Below the pieces are notes generated by a model. It was not told the origin of the DNA, did not search any database, and worked only from the letters and a program-made list of their open reading frames with translations. Of a stretch of DNA of 64,000 bases, positions 22,034 through 33,209 are shown piece after piece. The stretch is taken from assembly GCA_035193785.1 (NCBI GenBank), contig CP136572.1, positions 3,860,578 to 3,924,577 on the forward strand, written 5' to 3'. The stretch's first letter is position 1; every line of letters starts with the position of its first letter. Both the position numbers and the translations under genes were made by a program. Origin of the DNA: Planktothrix sp. GU0601_MAG3. Its GTDB lineage: Bacteria > Cyanobacteriota > Cyanobacteriia > Cyanobacteriales > Microcoleaceae.

Positions 22034-22675
22034 TGAAACATATTAAAAAATCGGAAGAAACCTCAAGAATTAACCGACTGGAAACAGCAACAAAAGTCTA
22101 TTGGTGTTAACTGTGATTATCAGAGTTTTCCCAATCCACAAAAGAGATTAGTCCGTTTGGCTTTACTTCGTGAACAGGGATATATTTGCTGTTACTGTTG
22201 TCAGAAGATAGAGAGAGAAAATAGCCATATTGAGCATTTTTTACCCCAAAGTAAAACCGATGCAGAATTATCTGTAACCTACTCTAATCTCTTAGCCTCC
22301 TGTGGTAGTGACCAACATTGGCCGAAACATTGTGGTAATCAAAGGAAAAATAATCCGCTTCCCGTGTCACCCCTAGAAACTAACTGTGAAGACTATTTTA
22401 GATATACGGTTGAGGGTGAAATTATTCCTACTAATAATTTAGAATTAAAAGACGCAGCCAAACAAACAATTGATATTCTTAATCTCAATAATTATGACCT
22501 AAAAAGAATGCGAAGTGAAGCAATTCAGGCATTAGGTATAGGAGAAGAACTTACTAAGGAGGAAGCTCAAAAACTGGCTAACTTTTATAGTCAATTAGAC
22601 GAACAGGAACGTTATCAACCTTTTTGTGTTGCTATTTTGTACTCTTTGAAAGCCTATTTTGGGATCGAATTATAA
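22033..22675 (+). CDS. ptuB: HNH endonuclease, Septu PtuB / TIGR02646-like (apparent frameshift near 22059)
   Basis: MKHIKKSEEP start overlaps the ATPase stop (TAATG). EQGYICCYC, HIEHFLPQ, YSNLLASC and HCGN motifs. Confidence 0.82.
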
Positions 22676-22738
22676 TAAAAAAATAATCTATTTTTGATAT
22701 TGATCAGGTGCGGGCGCGATCGCTTACGCACCCTACTT

Positions 22739-23551
22739 TTATATTTTTTTATTGATAAAATCATTAACAAATGGTTGAAATACTGATAATAATTCAGCTT
22801 GACTGATAACTAATGTAGGATAGGATTGGGTTCCATAATTTCGGCCAATTTCTAGGGGAAAGGGTTCGGTCGAGAGGGGACACCAAACCGCGCCCGCCGC
22901 TTTAACAATTACCCAACTTCCGGCGATATCCCAAATTTTAGGAGTCGCTTCTACTCCCCCTAATGTTGCACCGACAGCCACCGTGAGAAAATTATAAGCC
23001 GCCATCCCTAACATCCGAATTTTACAAGGAATTTGGGGAGCGATCGCAATACTTCGAGAACATAAATTAAAGAAGTGATTAGAACTCAAAGTATCATAAC
23101 TAGCATGGATCGGTTGACCGTTTAAAAAAGCCCCTTCTGGGCCAGTTAACCCCGATGCACCATACCAAAACCCATGAAAAGTTTGGTTTAAAGGCGGTAA
23201 ATGGATTAAACCAAATACGGGAGTTCCTTGATAGAGTAATCCTAGAGAAATCCCCCAAATCGGAATCCCTCTGGCAAAATTAGTTGTACCATCTAAAGGA
23301 TCAATCACCCAACACCAGTCCGTATTGGGAAAAATATGTTCCGCTTCCTCACTGATCACCCCATGATCAGGAAAAGTATTAGCGATGCGGGTGCGAATTT
23401 CCTGATCAGCCCACTGGTCAGACTGGGTAACTAAACTACCATCAGCTTTTTCCGAGGCTTGGACTGTGCCAAAATCGAGGATTAACTGTTTCCCAACATC
23501 AGTGGTGGTTGTGGCTGCAAAATTAAAAATTTGATCCCAAAAATTAGTCAT
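22739..23551 (-). CDS. Inositol monophosphatase family protein
   Basis: SEE, WVIDPLDGTTNF and WDIAG motifs. Confidence 0.92.
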   Translation of the reverse strand: MTNFWDQIFNFAATTTTDVGKQLILDFGTVQASEKADGSLVTQSDQWADQEIRTRIANTFPDHGVISEEAEHIFPNTDWCWVIDPLDGTTNFARGIPIWGISLGLLYQGTPVFGLIHLPPLNQTFHGFWYGASGLTGPEGAFLNGQPIHASYDTLSSNHFFNLCSRSIAIAPQIPCKIRMLGMAAYNFLTVAVGATLGGVEATPKIWDIAGSWVIVKAAGAVWCPLSTEPFPLEIGRNYGTQSYPTLVISQAELLSVFQPFVNDFINKKI

Positions 23552-23615
23552 TATTCCCTAAAGTAATGGCAAAATTAAAAACAATCCCGGTAAAATCTAT
23601 CCAGTTAAACCGCTT

Positions 23616-23948
23616 ATGCTGCTGAAATCAACAACTCGCCATATTCATATTTACACGGCGGAAATTAAAGATGAGGAGTTAGTGCACAATGAACAAGTAT
23701 TGACCTTGGATATTGATCCCGATAACGAATTTAACTGGAACGATCAGGCTGTGCAACAAGTTTATCGCAAATTTGATCAGTTAGTCGAAGCCTTCAGTGG
23801 CGAAGACCTGACCGAATATAATTTACGTCGGATCGGATCGGATTTAGAGCATTTAGTGCGATCGCTGATCCAAAAAGGTGAAATTAGCTATAACCTCGAA
23901 TGTCGGGCGGTGAACTATAGCATGGGATTACCCCGAGTCGGCAGTTAG
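23616..23948 (+). CDS. ndhM: NAD(P)H-quinone oxidoreductase subunit M
   Basis: MLLKSTTRHIHI, LDIDPDNEFNW, EYNLRRIGSDLE and NYSMGLPRV. Confidence 0.95.
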   Translation: MLLKSTTRHIHIYTAEIKDEELVHNEQVLTLDIDPDNEFNWNDQAVQQVYRKFDQLVEAFSGEDLTEYNLRRIGSDLEHLVRSLIQKGEISYNLECRAVNYSMGLPRVGS

Positions 23949-23959
23949 TAAAATTATAA

Positions 23960-24002
23960 CCATGAAAGAGCCTGTACCCAATGTATACAGACCCTTTCAT
24001 GG
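23960..24002. terminator. Stem-loop between convergent genes
   Basis: Inverted repeat CCATGAAAG...CTTTCATGG. Confidence 0.55.
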
Positions 24003-24047
24003 CAAGTTTGTAGATTCCCTAAACCTTATGATTGCCCTAAAATCAGC

Positions 24048-24308
24048 CTACTCATCCGGTGCTGGGGATGGCTTTTTCGATCGCTGACGCTGCAAAAATT
24101 GTTTCATGGAAAGTTGACGGTTACTCATAAATCGATTCCAAGAACCTGGAAAAAACTGATCCATGGTTTCAATTAAAGCCCAAACCTCTAAATTAATCAT
24201 CTGGTAATAGTGACCGTGAGACTTTTTAAGTTGGGTCAGGCGTTCATTAATTTCCAAATAAGGTAATAATTTAGGGTCATCGGAGGGGTTAGGGGGAGAA
24301 TCACTCAT
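24048..24308 (-). CDS. Hypothetical protein
   Basis: 86-aa ORF containing EVWALIETMDQFFPGSWNRFM. Confidence 0.65.
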   Translation of the reverse strand: MSDSPPNPSDDPKLLPYLEINERLTQLKKSHGHYYQMINLEVWALIETMDQFFPGSWNRFMSNRQLSMKQFLQRQRSKKPSPAPDE

Positions 24309-24580
24309 GCTGTAAGTATCCTTGCCCAGAGCCAAGAAAAATTAACAACAAATGGTCAAGCAGATAGTGATGCTCAAAGGCTACAATAGTTCAGATTACC
24401 TGATCTTGATTGCCAATTGCTGCTAATTTTTAGGGTGAGTTATCAAAATTGGGCACCGATTAGACATCCATTGTGGTTCTGGTGTTATCACCTCCGGCCC
24501 ATGGGGTAGATAATAACTGTAAACCATCCTAATTTTAGAAGATCACTTTTGAGTGACAACGCCAGGCGTAAGGAACCCAA

Positions 24581-26767
24581 ATGCAAAATCCTGTGGCAAA
24601 ACAATATCTGTGGACTGTAGGCGAAGGGATCGAAGATCAGCCTTCAGGAACGGTGATCGCAGATCGCTACCTCCTCAAAACCAATAGAATTGTGGTTGAT
24701 ACGCGGCCAGAACTCCTACCCGACATACCCAGCGAGATTTCCGATCAGATTTCTCCCTATCTAAAATTATTTGCCTATCGGTTGCATATTCCGCAGGTCT
24801 ATGGAGTTATCTCCCCGGCAAAAGGGACAAATAATAAACCGATCATCCTCTTAGAAAAGGGGCCGATTGCCAACCATGGGGAAACCTTAATGCCGACCCT
24901 GGCAGCCCTGTGGCCCGATGCCCTGGCGATGCGCCAACTGAATTGGTTATGGCAAATCGCTCAACTTTGGCAACCCCTAACCCGTCAAGAGGTGGCTTCA
25001 AGTTTGCTTAATTCCCATTTGCTGCGGGTTCAGGGAAGATTTGTTCGGTTGTTGCAATTAGACTTAGACATCCACAGTCCCACCCTCAAACAGTTGGGTT
25101 ATTTTTGGCAACAGTGGGTTCCGACCGCACAGCCTCAAATTCAAAAATTCCTCCAACAACTGACCCATCAAATGATCTCGGGGGAATTACGCACCTCAAC
25201 CCAACTGATCCAACAATTGGATCAAGCCCTTTCTATTTGTGGACGGGGTTATCATCGTCGGATTGAGATTGCCGCCGGAACCGATGCTGGCCCGACTCGT
25301 TCCCATAATGAGGATGCCTGCTATCCCGAGGGGAGTAAACCCATCCTAGTTCCCGCAACGGAACCGGCTCTGGCTATTGTTTGTGATGGCATTGGGGGAC
25401 AGGACGGCGGAGAGGTGGCATCTTCCATGGCGATTGATGTTCTGCGTCAGCAGGTGGAACAAATGCCCCTGCATCAAGCCCATTGGGATCCATTATCCTT
25501 AACTCCCAAATTAAAACGGGCAACCTGCATCGCCAATGACATGATTTGTCAACGCAACGATGATGAAAACCGTCAGGGTAGAGAACGCATGGGCACTACC
25601 TTAGTGATGGCCTTAGCCCATATTCATGAAATTTATTTAACCCATTTAGGGGATAGTCGGGTTTATTGGATTAGTTCCAGTGGTTGTCATCAAGTGACGG
25701 TGGATGATGATGTCGCCTCTCGCCAGGTGCGTTTAGGTTGCGCCCTCTATCGAGATGCTCTGCAACAGGGGGCTTCTGGGGCCTTAATTCAAGCCCTGGG
25801 GATTACTTCATCGGTGACCCTGCATCCAACGGTACAACGGTTTCCCCTGGATGAAGATTGTGTGTTTTTATTATGTTCTGATGGGTTAAGCGATCGCGAT
25901 CGGGTGGAACAGTGTTGGGAAGCGGAAATTTTACCCGTTTTGCGTCAAGAAGTGGATTTGGCAACGGTTCGGGATCGTCTGATCGAAATTGCCAATACTC
26001 AAAATGGCCATGATAATGTCACCATTGCTTTGTTATTAATTACGGTGGTTCCCAAGGATGATCCCGATGCCCAGAAAGAGATCTGTATCCCTCCTGTGAT
26101 TCCTTTAACCGAAGATTTGGGGGATGATTCTTCCGATACAAGCGATGCTGAAGATTCATCAATGGAAACGGTAATTGGTCGCCCTAAACAGGCCCCGTCA
26201 GGGGTGAAGAAGATTTGGTTCCTATCCCTTGGTATTGCTGTGTTATTAGGGATTCTAGGGGCTTTGCTCTACGGCTTAGGACTGTTCAACCATGCTCCCC
26301 GAGCCCAACCGACAGACAATCCAGCCCCTACGGACAGTCCTTCTACTCCTCCAGTCCCAACTCCCACAGCCTCTGCCACCAGTCTGTTAAAATTGCAATC
26401 TTTGATTCAATTGGGAAGTCCGACCGCCAATGACAAGCCAATTACTCTGCTCACGGAATTTGGGAAAAATACTGTTAAGGGAACTGTTCCAGAGGGAACG
26501 GTGTTTCAGGTTCAGCGAAAAGATTCTACTCCCGAAACTGGAACCTGGATAGAGGTTAAAATTTGTTCAACTCCTACCGCGACAGTATCAGTTAATGGGC
26601 AGTTGTCTCCGGTTGATGTAACACAACCATTGCCATCTCCCGATACCCCGGCACCCCCATCCCTAGGGGCGGGGAACCAAGGTTGGTTGCCAGAACAGGA
26701 GGTTAATAGCCGTCTAATCCCTAACTTTTCTCCTGTGGGTAAAGAAAAAGGAAAGTGTGTCCCTTAA
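24581..26767 (+). CDS. PP2C-family Ser/Thr phosphatase with degenerate kinase-like N-terminus and a C-terminal TM/Pro-rich region
   Basis: RSHNED, VCDGIGG, MGTT, HLGDSR, LCSDGL and GHDNVT motifs; TM segment IWFLSLGIAVLLGILGALLYGL. Confidence 0.9.
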   Translation: MQNPVAKQYLWTVGEGIEDQPSGTVIADRYLLKTNRIVVDTRPELLPDIPSEISDQISPYLKLFAYRLHIPQVYGVISPAKGTNNKPIILLEKGPIANHGETLMPTLAALWPDALAMRQLNWLWQIAQLWQPLTRQEVASSLLNSHLLRVQGRFVRLLQLDLDIHSPTLKQLGYFWQQWVPTAQPQIQKFLQQLTHQMISGELRTSTQLIQQLDQALSICGRGYHRRIEIAAGTDAGPTRSHNEDACYPEGSKPILVPATEPALAIVCDGIGGQDGGEVASSMAIDVLRQQVEQMPLHQAHWDPLSLTPKLKRATCIANDMICQRNDDENRQGRERMGTTLVMALAHIHEIYLTHLGDSRVYWISSSGCHQVTVDDDVASRQVRLGCALYRDALQQGASGALIQALGITSSVTLHPTVQRFPLDEDCVFLLCSDGLSDRDRVEQCWEAEILPVLRQEVDLATVRDRLIEIANTQNGHDNVTIALLLITVVPKDDPDAQKEICIPPVIPLTEDLGDDSSDTSDAEDSSMETVIGRPKQAPSGVKKIWFLSLGIAVLLGILGALLYGLGLFNHAPRAQPTDNPAPTDSPSTPPVPTPTASATSLLKLQSLIQLGSPTANDKPITLLTEFGKNTVKGTVPEGTVFQVQRKDSTPETGTWIEVKICSTPTATVSVNGQLSPVDVTQPLPSPDTPAPPSLGAGNQGWLPEQEVNSRLIPNFSPVGKEKGKCVP

Positions 26768-26977
26768 GGATGAATCACGATAAAGCCTAACTATCGGTTG
26801 GGGGTTTTAGACCCAATTTTACGATAACTTTGATCGCGATCACTATTCAACCCTGTTCCTTATCACCCCACCCCGATATTAAATATCATTACAGTCATTG
26901 TATTGAGATCACGGCAGATTTTGTTAAACTCCCTGATACTAGGTATTATTACAACTTCTCAACGGTAGGAATGTGCC

Positions 26978-27196
26978 ATGACTTGTATTCGTGTTCGTGA
27001 TGTGGTTCAAGAAGTAATGTCTACGGGCTATCTGAGCTTGAATATGGAAGACCAATTAAGACAAATGCTACAAACCACCCATTATGATTCTGAGGATGTC
27101 CATGCCTTTGCGAATTTACAGTTAGCCGCCATGTCAGGAAAAGTTAAGCAAGAATCCCGTGAATTATATCAATTGGCAATTATGCAAAAGGAATAA
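26978..27196 (+). CDS. Small conserved cyanobacterial hypothetical protein
   Basis: 72-aa ORF (VQEVMSTGYLS...AAMSGKVKQESRE) with an AGGA RBS. Confidence 0.75.
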   Translation: MTCIRVRDVVQEVMSTGYLSLNMEDQLRQMLQTTHYDSEDVHAFANLQLAAMSGKVKQESRELYQLAIMQKE

Positions 27197-27380
27197 ACAG
27201 GTATGTAATTCACAATAAACATGGTCAAATCAATTTTTTAACCCGTAATAGCCTTTCTTAAATATCGTAATTTAAACCTTTTGAGACATTCTTGAAAGCT
27301 AAAAGCTGCTCATAGCAAGTATTTAGCCATTGCCTATTGCCTATTGCTATATATATTCAATCCCACCCTTCACCCGGGTT

Positions 27381-27396
27381 TGTGATCTAAATCACT
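27381..27396. promoter_or_regulatory. Putative CRP-family binding site
   Basis: TGTGA-TCTAAA-TCACT compared with consensus TGTGA-N6-TCACA; intergenic. Confidence 0.45.
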
Positions 27397-27559
27397 CTAA
27401 CAGTGTTAATTTAATCAGAACAGATTTTGCGTGTTATCACGGAGAGCAGATCAAGGTATCACAACCCTAACCCTAGTAAAATCACTGATATTTAGCAAGA
27501 ATACCGAGATTATAGGAACACAAGTCAAAATAGTTTATCCGTGGGAATGACGAACATGA

Positions 27560-27991
27560 TTGTGTTTACCAAATCAACTCAAACCTTTCTCTGCGCTAAT
27601 GGTTTCACTCAAGCCGATTCCCCTATCGACAAAATTTGGTGAGATTAAGTTAGAACAACTGTGTAGAATCGCGGAACAGAATCAGTGGAAAACGGAAAAT
27701 CTCGAGCATCGGATTACTCAAGCGCGGTTGATGGTGGATGCAAATTGGGCTAGTCCTAAAGATCATGCCCTTTTGGAGTTAGAACAACGGGGAAAATTAC
27801 ATTTGGTAGATGGGATAGAATATTGGGCGGCGGAATTAGACCCAAACCGGGCGGCGGGAATTTACTTAAATCCAGATACTTATACCTTGGAAGTAATGGT
27901 GATCAATTTAGAATCGTTTGCACCCCTTCATCGAGAAAAAGTAATCACCTTGAAAAGACTGATGGAGTTAACGGGGTCGGATCATCCTTAA
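27560..27991 (+). CDS. Hypothetical protein
   Basis: 143-aa ORF; start uncertain. Confidence 0.65.
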   Translation: MCLPNQLKPFSALMVSLKPIPLSTKFGEIKLEQLCRIAEQNQWKTENLEHRITQARLMVDANWASPKDHALLELEQRGKLHLVDGIEYWAAELDPNRAAGIYLNPDTYTLEVMVINLESFAPLHREKVITLKRLMELTGSDHP

Positions 27992-28011
27992 AACAACCCA
28001 ATATTATTTAA

Positions 28012-28207
28012 TTTTATATTACTTTAATTTATGGAGTAATTGGGGGTGTTTGGATTGCCTTTTTTCGATCAATTATTGGCAATATTAGTAAATTATCCCT
28101 ATTGAATTACATTTTTTCAAACTCTTAAAGGGTGTTTCTTTGTTCTGATTACCAGTATTTTACTTTATTATTTAATTCATCAAAAAACCCAGCGTAGGAT
28201 AAACTAG
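28012..28207 (+). pseudogene. Remnant of a two-TM N-terminal module of signalling proteins
   Basis: Reads ITLIYGVIGGVWIAF-DQLL...Y*ITFFQTLKGCFFVLITSILLYYL with a frameshift, an internal stop and no start codon. Confidence 0.5.
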
Positions 28208-28243
28208 AGTATAGTTCATCTGTATCAGAGGTTGAGTCATACT

Positions 28244-28768
28244 ATGGGACTATTTGATCAAATTTTAACAGCCTTGAACGATCCTAATCAACTAGGAAAC
28301 ACCGACCAAATTACCGGGATTCTGAATACTGCTCAACAGCTTGGTAATCAATTAGGGATTTCTCCTGAAACGAGTCAAATGGTGATGTCAATGGTGGGGA
28401 GTTCCGTGCGGTCTTCTTTGCAAGAAAAGCAAACTGAAATCGGCAATGATGGGGTACAAAATCTAGTTAATGAATTTTCTGGAATCACTTCTAACCCCCA
28501 GGCAGTGGAAATGTTATTTTCTTCGACTCAGCAACAGCAATTGATTCAAACGGTTTCTCAACATACAGGAGTCAGTGCCCAAACCATTCAATCAATTTTA
28601 CCCATGGTAGTTCCCTTAGTATTAAACCTGCTCAAAACAGGAACCAATCAACAACAATCTGCATCGACTTCTAATTCTGTTTTAAATAGTTTTTTAGATG
28701 CCGATGGGGATGGAGATGTGGATATTGCTGATGCCCTGCGTTTGGGGGGACAATATTTTAAAAGCTAA
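28244..28768 (+). CDS. DUF937-like protein
   Basis: MGLFDQIL start and C-terminal FLDADGDGDVDIADA. Confidence 0.75.
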   Translation: MGLFDQILTALNDPNQLGNTDQITGILNTAQQLGNQLGISPETSQMVMSMVGSSVRSSLQEKQTEIGNDGVQNLVNEFSGITSNPQAVEMLFSSTQQQQLIQTVSQHTGVSAQTIQSILPMVVPLVLNLLKTGTNQQQSASTSNSVLNSFLDADGDGDVDIADALRLGGQYFKS

Positions 28769-28891
28769 CGGGAATCTAGCCTAGGGAATTAGAGATTATT
28801 TCTGGTTCCCGGCTTCTGTAAAATATAGCAGTAAGAAGCGTTTTTAAAACTTCTTTGTGTCTTTGTAGTCCAATGAATCTTAATAAAAATC

Positions 28892-29185
28892 ATGGTTATT
28901 GAGTGGTTAAAATTTCAAGTTCCCCCGGAACAATGGCAACTATTTATTCAAAAAGATGAGGAAGTTTGGACAGCCGGACTCAAAAAGTTTCCTGGGTTTC
29001 TCGGAAAAGAAGTTTGGGTAGATGTGGAAAATCAGGAAATTGTTATGGTGATTCGTTGGGAATCTCAGGAAAAACTAGCCAGCTTTCCTGAAAAAACCAT
29101 TCAAGAACTTGACGAAAAAATGGGAGTATTAAAAATACCTATTTTAGAAAGTCGAACCTATCAAATCAGAAAATTTATCCACTAA
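28892..29185 (+). CDS. TIGR03792-like (ABM fold) protein
   Basis: MVIEWLKF...PGFLGKEVW...VIRWES. Confidence 0.8.
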   Translation: MVIEWLKFQVPPEQWQLFIQKDEEVWTAGLKKFPGFLGKEVWVDVENQEIVMVIRWESQEKLASFPEKTIQELDEKMGVLKIPILESRTYQIRKFIH

Positions 29186-29623
29186 AACTCGTTAAACAGT
29201 CGAGGAGAATTTCTGAACCAAAGCCAAAATAAAATTCACACTCAAAAACCCGACTCCCAGGACTAAAATCACAAAAGTAGTAATACTAAAAATTGATCTC
29301 AATTGATCGGATTTGGGATTTTGATTCGGTTTCATAATCACTGATCTCCTGGGAATTACCATTTTCTGTCTATGGGGTTACCGTTGGGGCAAACCCCTTT
29401 TTTTACCTTTAAAGATTGAGTCTAGGGATTAAGAGTGTTAAAATTCAGACAATCCCAATGTTAAACTCGGAATTGAGGTAATTTTGTACTCCCAAAACAT
29501 CTTAACAGTTAAGGACTCACCGAACCGATAATCAAATTGTTAATTCCTAGTGCGGATAGCCATAGTTTTTTGTATTCTGGAGTTAACCACTGTGTCCCAA
29601 TATCCCCAGTAGAATAGATTATT

Positions 29624-30467
29624 ATGTTTCCCCCAGCGTCTTCTGCCCATCCCAATCGACCCCATGCTATAACTTCTAGTGCTATGCCGATGCCTAACTC
29701 TATTCTTCCTAAAACGGTTTTTTCTTCCCTGAAACAACGGCATTGGTTAGAGTTAGCAGAGTATGTTTCACTGATCAGTTCGGCTGTTGGTTCGGGAGTA
29801 GTGGCCCTTTCGGGTCAAGCGTTTTATGGAGTTGCCCCCCTGACCTTAGCCCTATCGCTAAATGTTGCCAACCGTTATCGCTTAGAAACAACAAACCCAT
29901 CAAAATCAAATTGAAATTGTTCAAGCTCAAAACTCCGTAGAAAAGTTAGAAAAAAATACCGTTAAAGTAGTTATGGGATTGAGGCAACAACTCTTACAAG
30001 AAATGCAATCCCTCCAGCAAAAATTAGAGGCTTTTCCTACCACTGAAGCTCTGGATTCCGCCTATCGGGCAAAACAAGTCGCAGCTTTAGGACAAGCGGT
30101 AACTTCTAGCACCGAACATATTTCCCTGGCATTGGCAGAAATTAAAGCGGAATTTCGGCAAGAATTACAAGGTTTTTCCTTGGCTGAAACGGCTCATTTA
30201 GAGTCTTTACAAGCGGATTTTCAAGGGCGATTTTTGGAAATTCAAGCTGTGATTGATCAACTACAACAGGAAAAATCTGGACACCCTGCTTCTGATCTTG
30301 ATCTCTCTCAAATTCAAACCAGATTAGATGAACTCACCCAAGAACATCAAGAGGTAATTAAACCTCATTTAAGACGGTTATTATCCGTTGTAAAACAATT
30401 ACAAACCAATCATCCCCGGAGTTTACCCATTCCGCCTAAACCCCTACCAAAAAATCCCCCTGCATAG
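29624..30467 (+). CDS. Hypothetical membrane-anchored coiled-coil protein (apparent frameshift near 29887)
   Basis: The repair joins the TM segment (..LNVANRYRLEQQTHQ..) in frame to ORF 29973-30467. Confidence 0.75.
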
Positions 30468-30573
30468 GATTGATCTATTTCCCAAAAAATTAAATACTTC
30501 CGTTGAATTACTAGCAAAATACTTTATACTTTTAAACGAGTCAAAAATCGATAAATTCTACGAGGAACTTTAA

Positions 30574-31017
30574 ATGGCTGTTTCAGAAATTACAGAAAAG
30601 TTATTAGCGGCTAAAAAATCTAAAGGAGTCACCTTTTCGGATTTAGAACAATTGCTGGGGCGTGATGAGGTTTGGATTGCGGCGGTTATTTATCGACAAG
30701 CGAGTGCTTCCTATGAGGAGGCTAAAAAATTAGTTGAAGCCCTAGGTTTGAACTCAGAATATATTGAACTTTTAACCGATTATCCCGTCAAAGGATCACT
30801 TGATCCAGTGATTCCAACCGATCCCTTAATCTATCGATTTTATGAAATTATTCAGGTCTATGGAATGCCTCTTAAAAGCGTAATTCATGAAAAATTTGGA
30901 GACGGAATTATGAGTGCGATTGATTTTACCTTAGATGTAGATAAAATCGAAGACCCCAATGGCGATCGCGTTAAAATTACGATGTCTGGAAAATTTCTTT
31001 CCTATAAAAAATGGTAA
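30574..31017 (+). CDS. cynS: Cyanase
   Basis: [11 protein letters not shown] and [14 protein letters not shown]. Confidence 0.97.
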   Translation: MAVSEITEKLLAAKKSKGVTFSDLEQLLGRDEVWIAAVIYRQASASYEEAKKLVEALGLNSEYIELLTDYPVKGSLDPVIPTDPLIYRFYEIIQVYGMPLKSVIHEKFGDGIMSAIDFTLDVDKIEDPNGDRVKITMSGKFLSYKKW

Positions 31018-31058
31018 TAATTTAAGTATTTCTCCCCGTTGAATATGGGGAGAAATTA

Positions 31059-31067
31059 TGATATAAT
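31059..31067 (+). promoter_or_regulatory. Extended -10 promoter element of the riboswitch leader
   Basis: TGATATAAT lies a few bases upstream of riboswitch P1 and follows a hairpin at 31028-31056 (probable cynS terminator). Confidence 0.6.
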
Positions 31068-31072
31068 GCGAG

Positions 31073-31199
31073 ATCTGAATCGGTTCTAGCGGGGGACAGT
31101 CGCTAGAAGCAAGGGGAAAGTTTGGCGCAAATCCAGCACTGTCCCGCAACTGTGATGAGAATATTGATCTCTAAGTCAGAACACCCACCGAAATCAGAT
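31073..31199 (+). ncRNA. Cobalamin riboswitch
   Basis: AAGGGGAAAGTTTGGCGCAAATCCAGCACTGTCCCGCAACTGTGA core, AAGTCAGAACACCCACCG B12-box-like 3' part, and P1 pairing ATCTGA..CGG / CCG..TCAGAT. It precedes hupE-cobW. Confidence 0.92.
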
Positions 31200-31239
31200 T
31201 GTTCTTTCGCACATCTGCGCGGTACAGATGGTGTTTAAA

Positions 31240-31897
31240 ATGTTTAAGTCTTTTCAAAATTTTTCGCTACAAAATAGCAATCGAATCTTGGTTTTATGGG
31301 TAGGTTTATTATTCCTCTTAATGGCGCAACCCGCCAGGGCCCATCATGCCTTTGGAGGTGAAACCCCGGAAAACTTTTTCCAAGGATTTCTCGCCGGACT
31401 TGCCCATCCGATTATTGGGATTGATCATTTTGCTTTTGTTATTTCTATCGGTTTAATTGCCGCCGGAATTGTGGGCGGAAGTTGGATAATTGTTGCTTTT
31501 CTGTTAACCGCAATGTTGGGAAACAGGAATTCATTTAATCAGTTTTAATTTACCCATTCCTGAAATTGCGATCGCCCTTTCTGTGATCACCATTGGGCTG
31601 TTATTAGTTCTCAAAAAACAATTACCCCTAGCATTATTAATTGGTTTAGCCAGTGTGGCGGGTTTGTTTCATGGTTATGCCTATGGGGAATCAATTATGG
31701 GAGCCGAAATGACTCCTTTAATTTCCTATTTAGCCGGATTTACAGTCATTCAATTGACCATAGCTGGGGCGACAATGAAACTAACTCAATCCTTCCAAGA
31801 AACTTTAGAAAATAGCAAATTTTCCCTGATCAAATATTCTGGTTTTGCTGTTTTAGCCATTGGTGTAATTGCTTTATCCTCAGCCATTATCAGCTAG
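31240..31897 (+). CDS. hupE: HupE/UreJ family Co/Ni transporter (apparent frameshift near 31522)
   Basis: Signal peptide..AHH, HPIIGIDH and GLFHGYAYGE motifs. Confidence 0.9.
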
Positions 31898-31929
31898 TTG
31901 AGCTTAATTAGAATTGAGTAGAGATAATG

Positions 31930-32155
31930 AGTAATGGGTAATGGGTAATGGGTAATGATTAATATTACTTGTTACCTACTCCTAAGCTGTGCTGCATTTA
32001 AACTGTATATTCTAGGGAACACCGGACGCTCCCACTACAATGATGGGGCAATTTCCTAATCACAATCCTAGATGCTGAATAACTTATTACCCATTACCCA
32101 AAACCCATTACCCAAAACCCATTACCCAAAACCCATTACCCATTACCCATTACCT
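31930..32155. repeat. Two inverted STRR heptamer clusters, (GTAATGG)n and (CCATTAC)n, with a REP-like element between
   Basis: Tandem heptamers at about 31930-31957 and 32085-32155. Confidence 0.85.
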
Positions 32156-32167
32156 ATTATAAATATT

Positions 32168-33209
32168 ATGTCTGCCAAAATTCCCGTTACAGTGATTACT
32201 GGATTTTTAGGAAGTGGAAAAACTACCGCTATCCGTCATTTATTACAAAATAATCATGGGCGAAGGATTGCGGTTTTAGTCAATGAATTTGGAGAAGTTG
32301 GAATTGATGGTGAATTAATTCGATCTTGTCAAGTTTGTGACGATGAAACCCCAGAAATAAACATCGTAGAACTGACTAATGGTTGTTTATGTTGTACGGT
32401 GCAGGAAGAATTTTTCCCCGCCATGCAAGCCCTACTCAAACGACGGGATAAAATCGATCATATTGTGATTGAAACCTCTGGTTTGGCTCTCCCTAAACCC
32501 CTAGTTCAAGCCTTCCGATGGCCGGAAATTCGCACCGGGGCTACGGTGGATGGTGTGATCACTGTAGTAGACTGTGAAGCCTTGGCTAATGGTACTTTAG
32601 TTGGGAATATTGAGGCTGTGGAAGCCCAACGTCAAGCCGATCCTAACCTAGATCATGAAACCCCAATTGAGGAATTATTTGAAGATCAATTAGCCTGTGC
32701 GGATTTAGTTTTATTAACCAAAACCGATCATGTTGATCGAGATAATCAACAGAAAGTTGAAACCTGGTTAAAACAGGAATTGCGAGCAGGAGTTAAAATT
32801 GTTCCTTGTCAACAGGGAAATATTCATTCCGATGTAATTTTAGGGTTTAATGCGGCGGTTGAGGATAACTTAGAAGCCCGTCCCAGTCACCATGATACGG
32901 AAGAAGAACACGAGCATGATGATAATATTAATTCGGTTCCGGTAATTTTAACCCAAGATTTTGAACCGGAAGATTTAATTCAACGGTTAAAAACCATGGT
33001 GAAACAACAGGAAATTTACCGAATTAAAGGATTTGTTTCAGTTTCCAAATAAACCAATGCGGTTAGTATTACAGGGAGTGGGCGATCGGATTGAAACCTT
33101 TTATGATCGTCTCTGGAAACCCACCGAGTCCCGTCAAACCCAGTTAGTTTTTATTGGGAAAAACTTAGAAGTTTCTGAAATAAAAAATGCCGTCCAAGGG
33201 TCTTGTTAA
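32168..33209 (+). CDS. cobW: Cobalamin biosynthesis protein CobW (COG0523 GTPase; apparent frameshift near 33043)
   Basis: GFLGSGKTT, NGCLCC, ETSGLALP and a His-rich linker. The repair gives VPNKPMRLVLQGVG...LVFIG. Confidence 0.93.

Noticed and set aside
20711..22675. Retron (Ec78-like)
   Set aside because: No reverse transcriptase is present, and only about 75 bp lie upstream, occupied by a common palindromic repeat.
32072..32167. N-terminal extension of CobW (PITHYPLP..)
   Set aside because: It is translated STRR repeat. The real start is most likely ATG 32168 (MSAKIPVTV).
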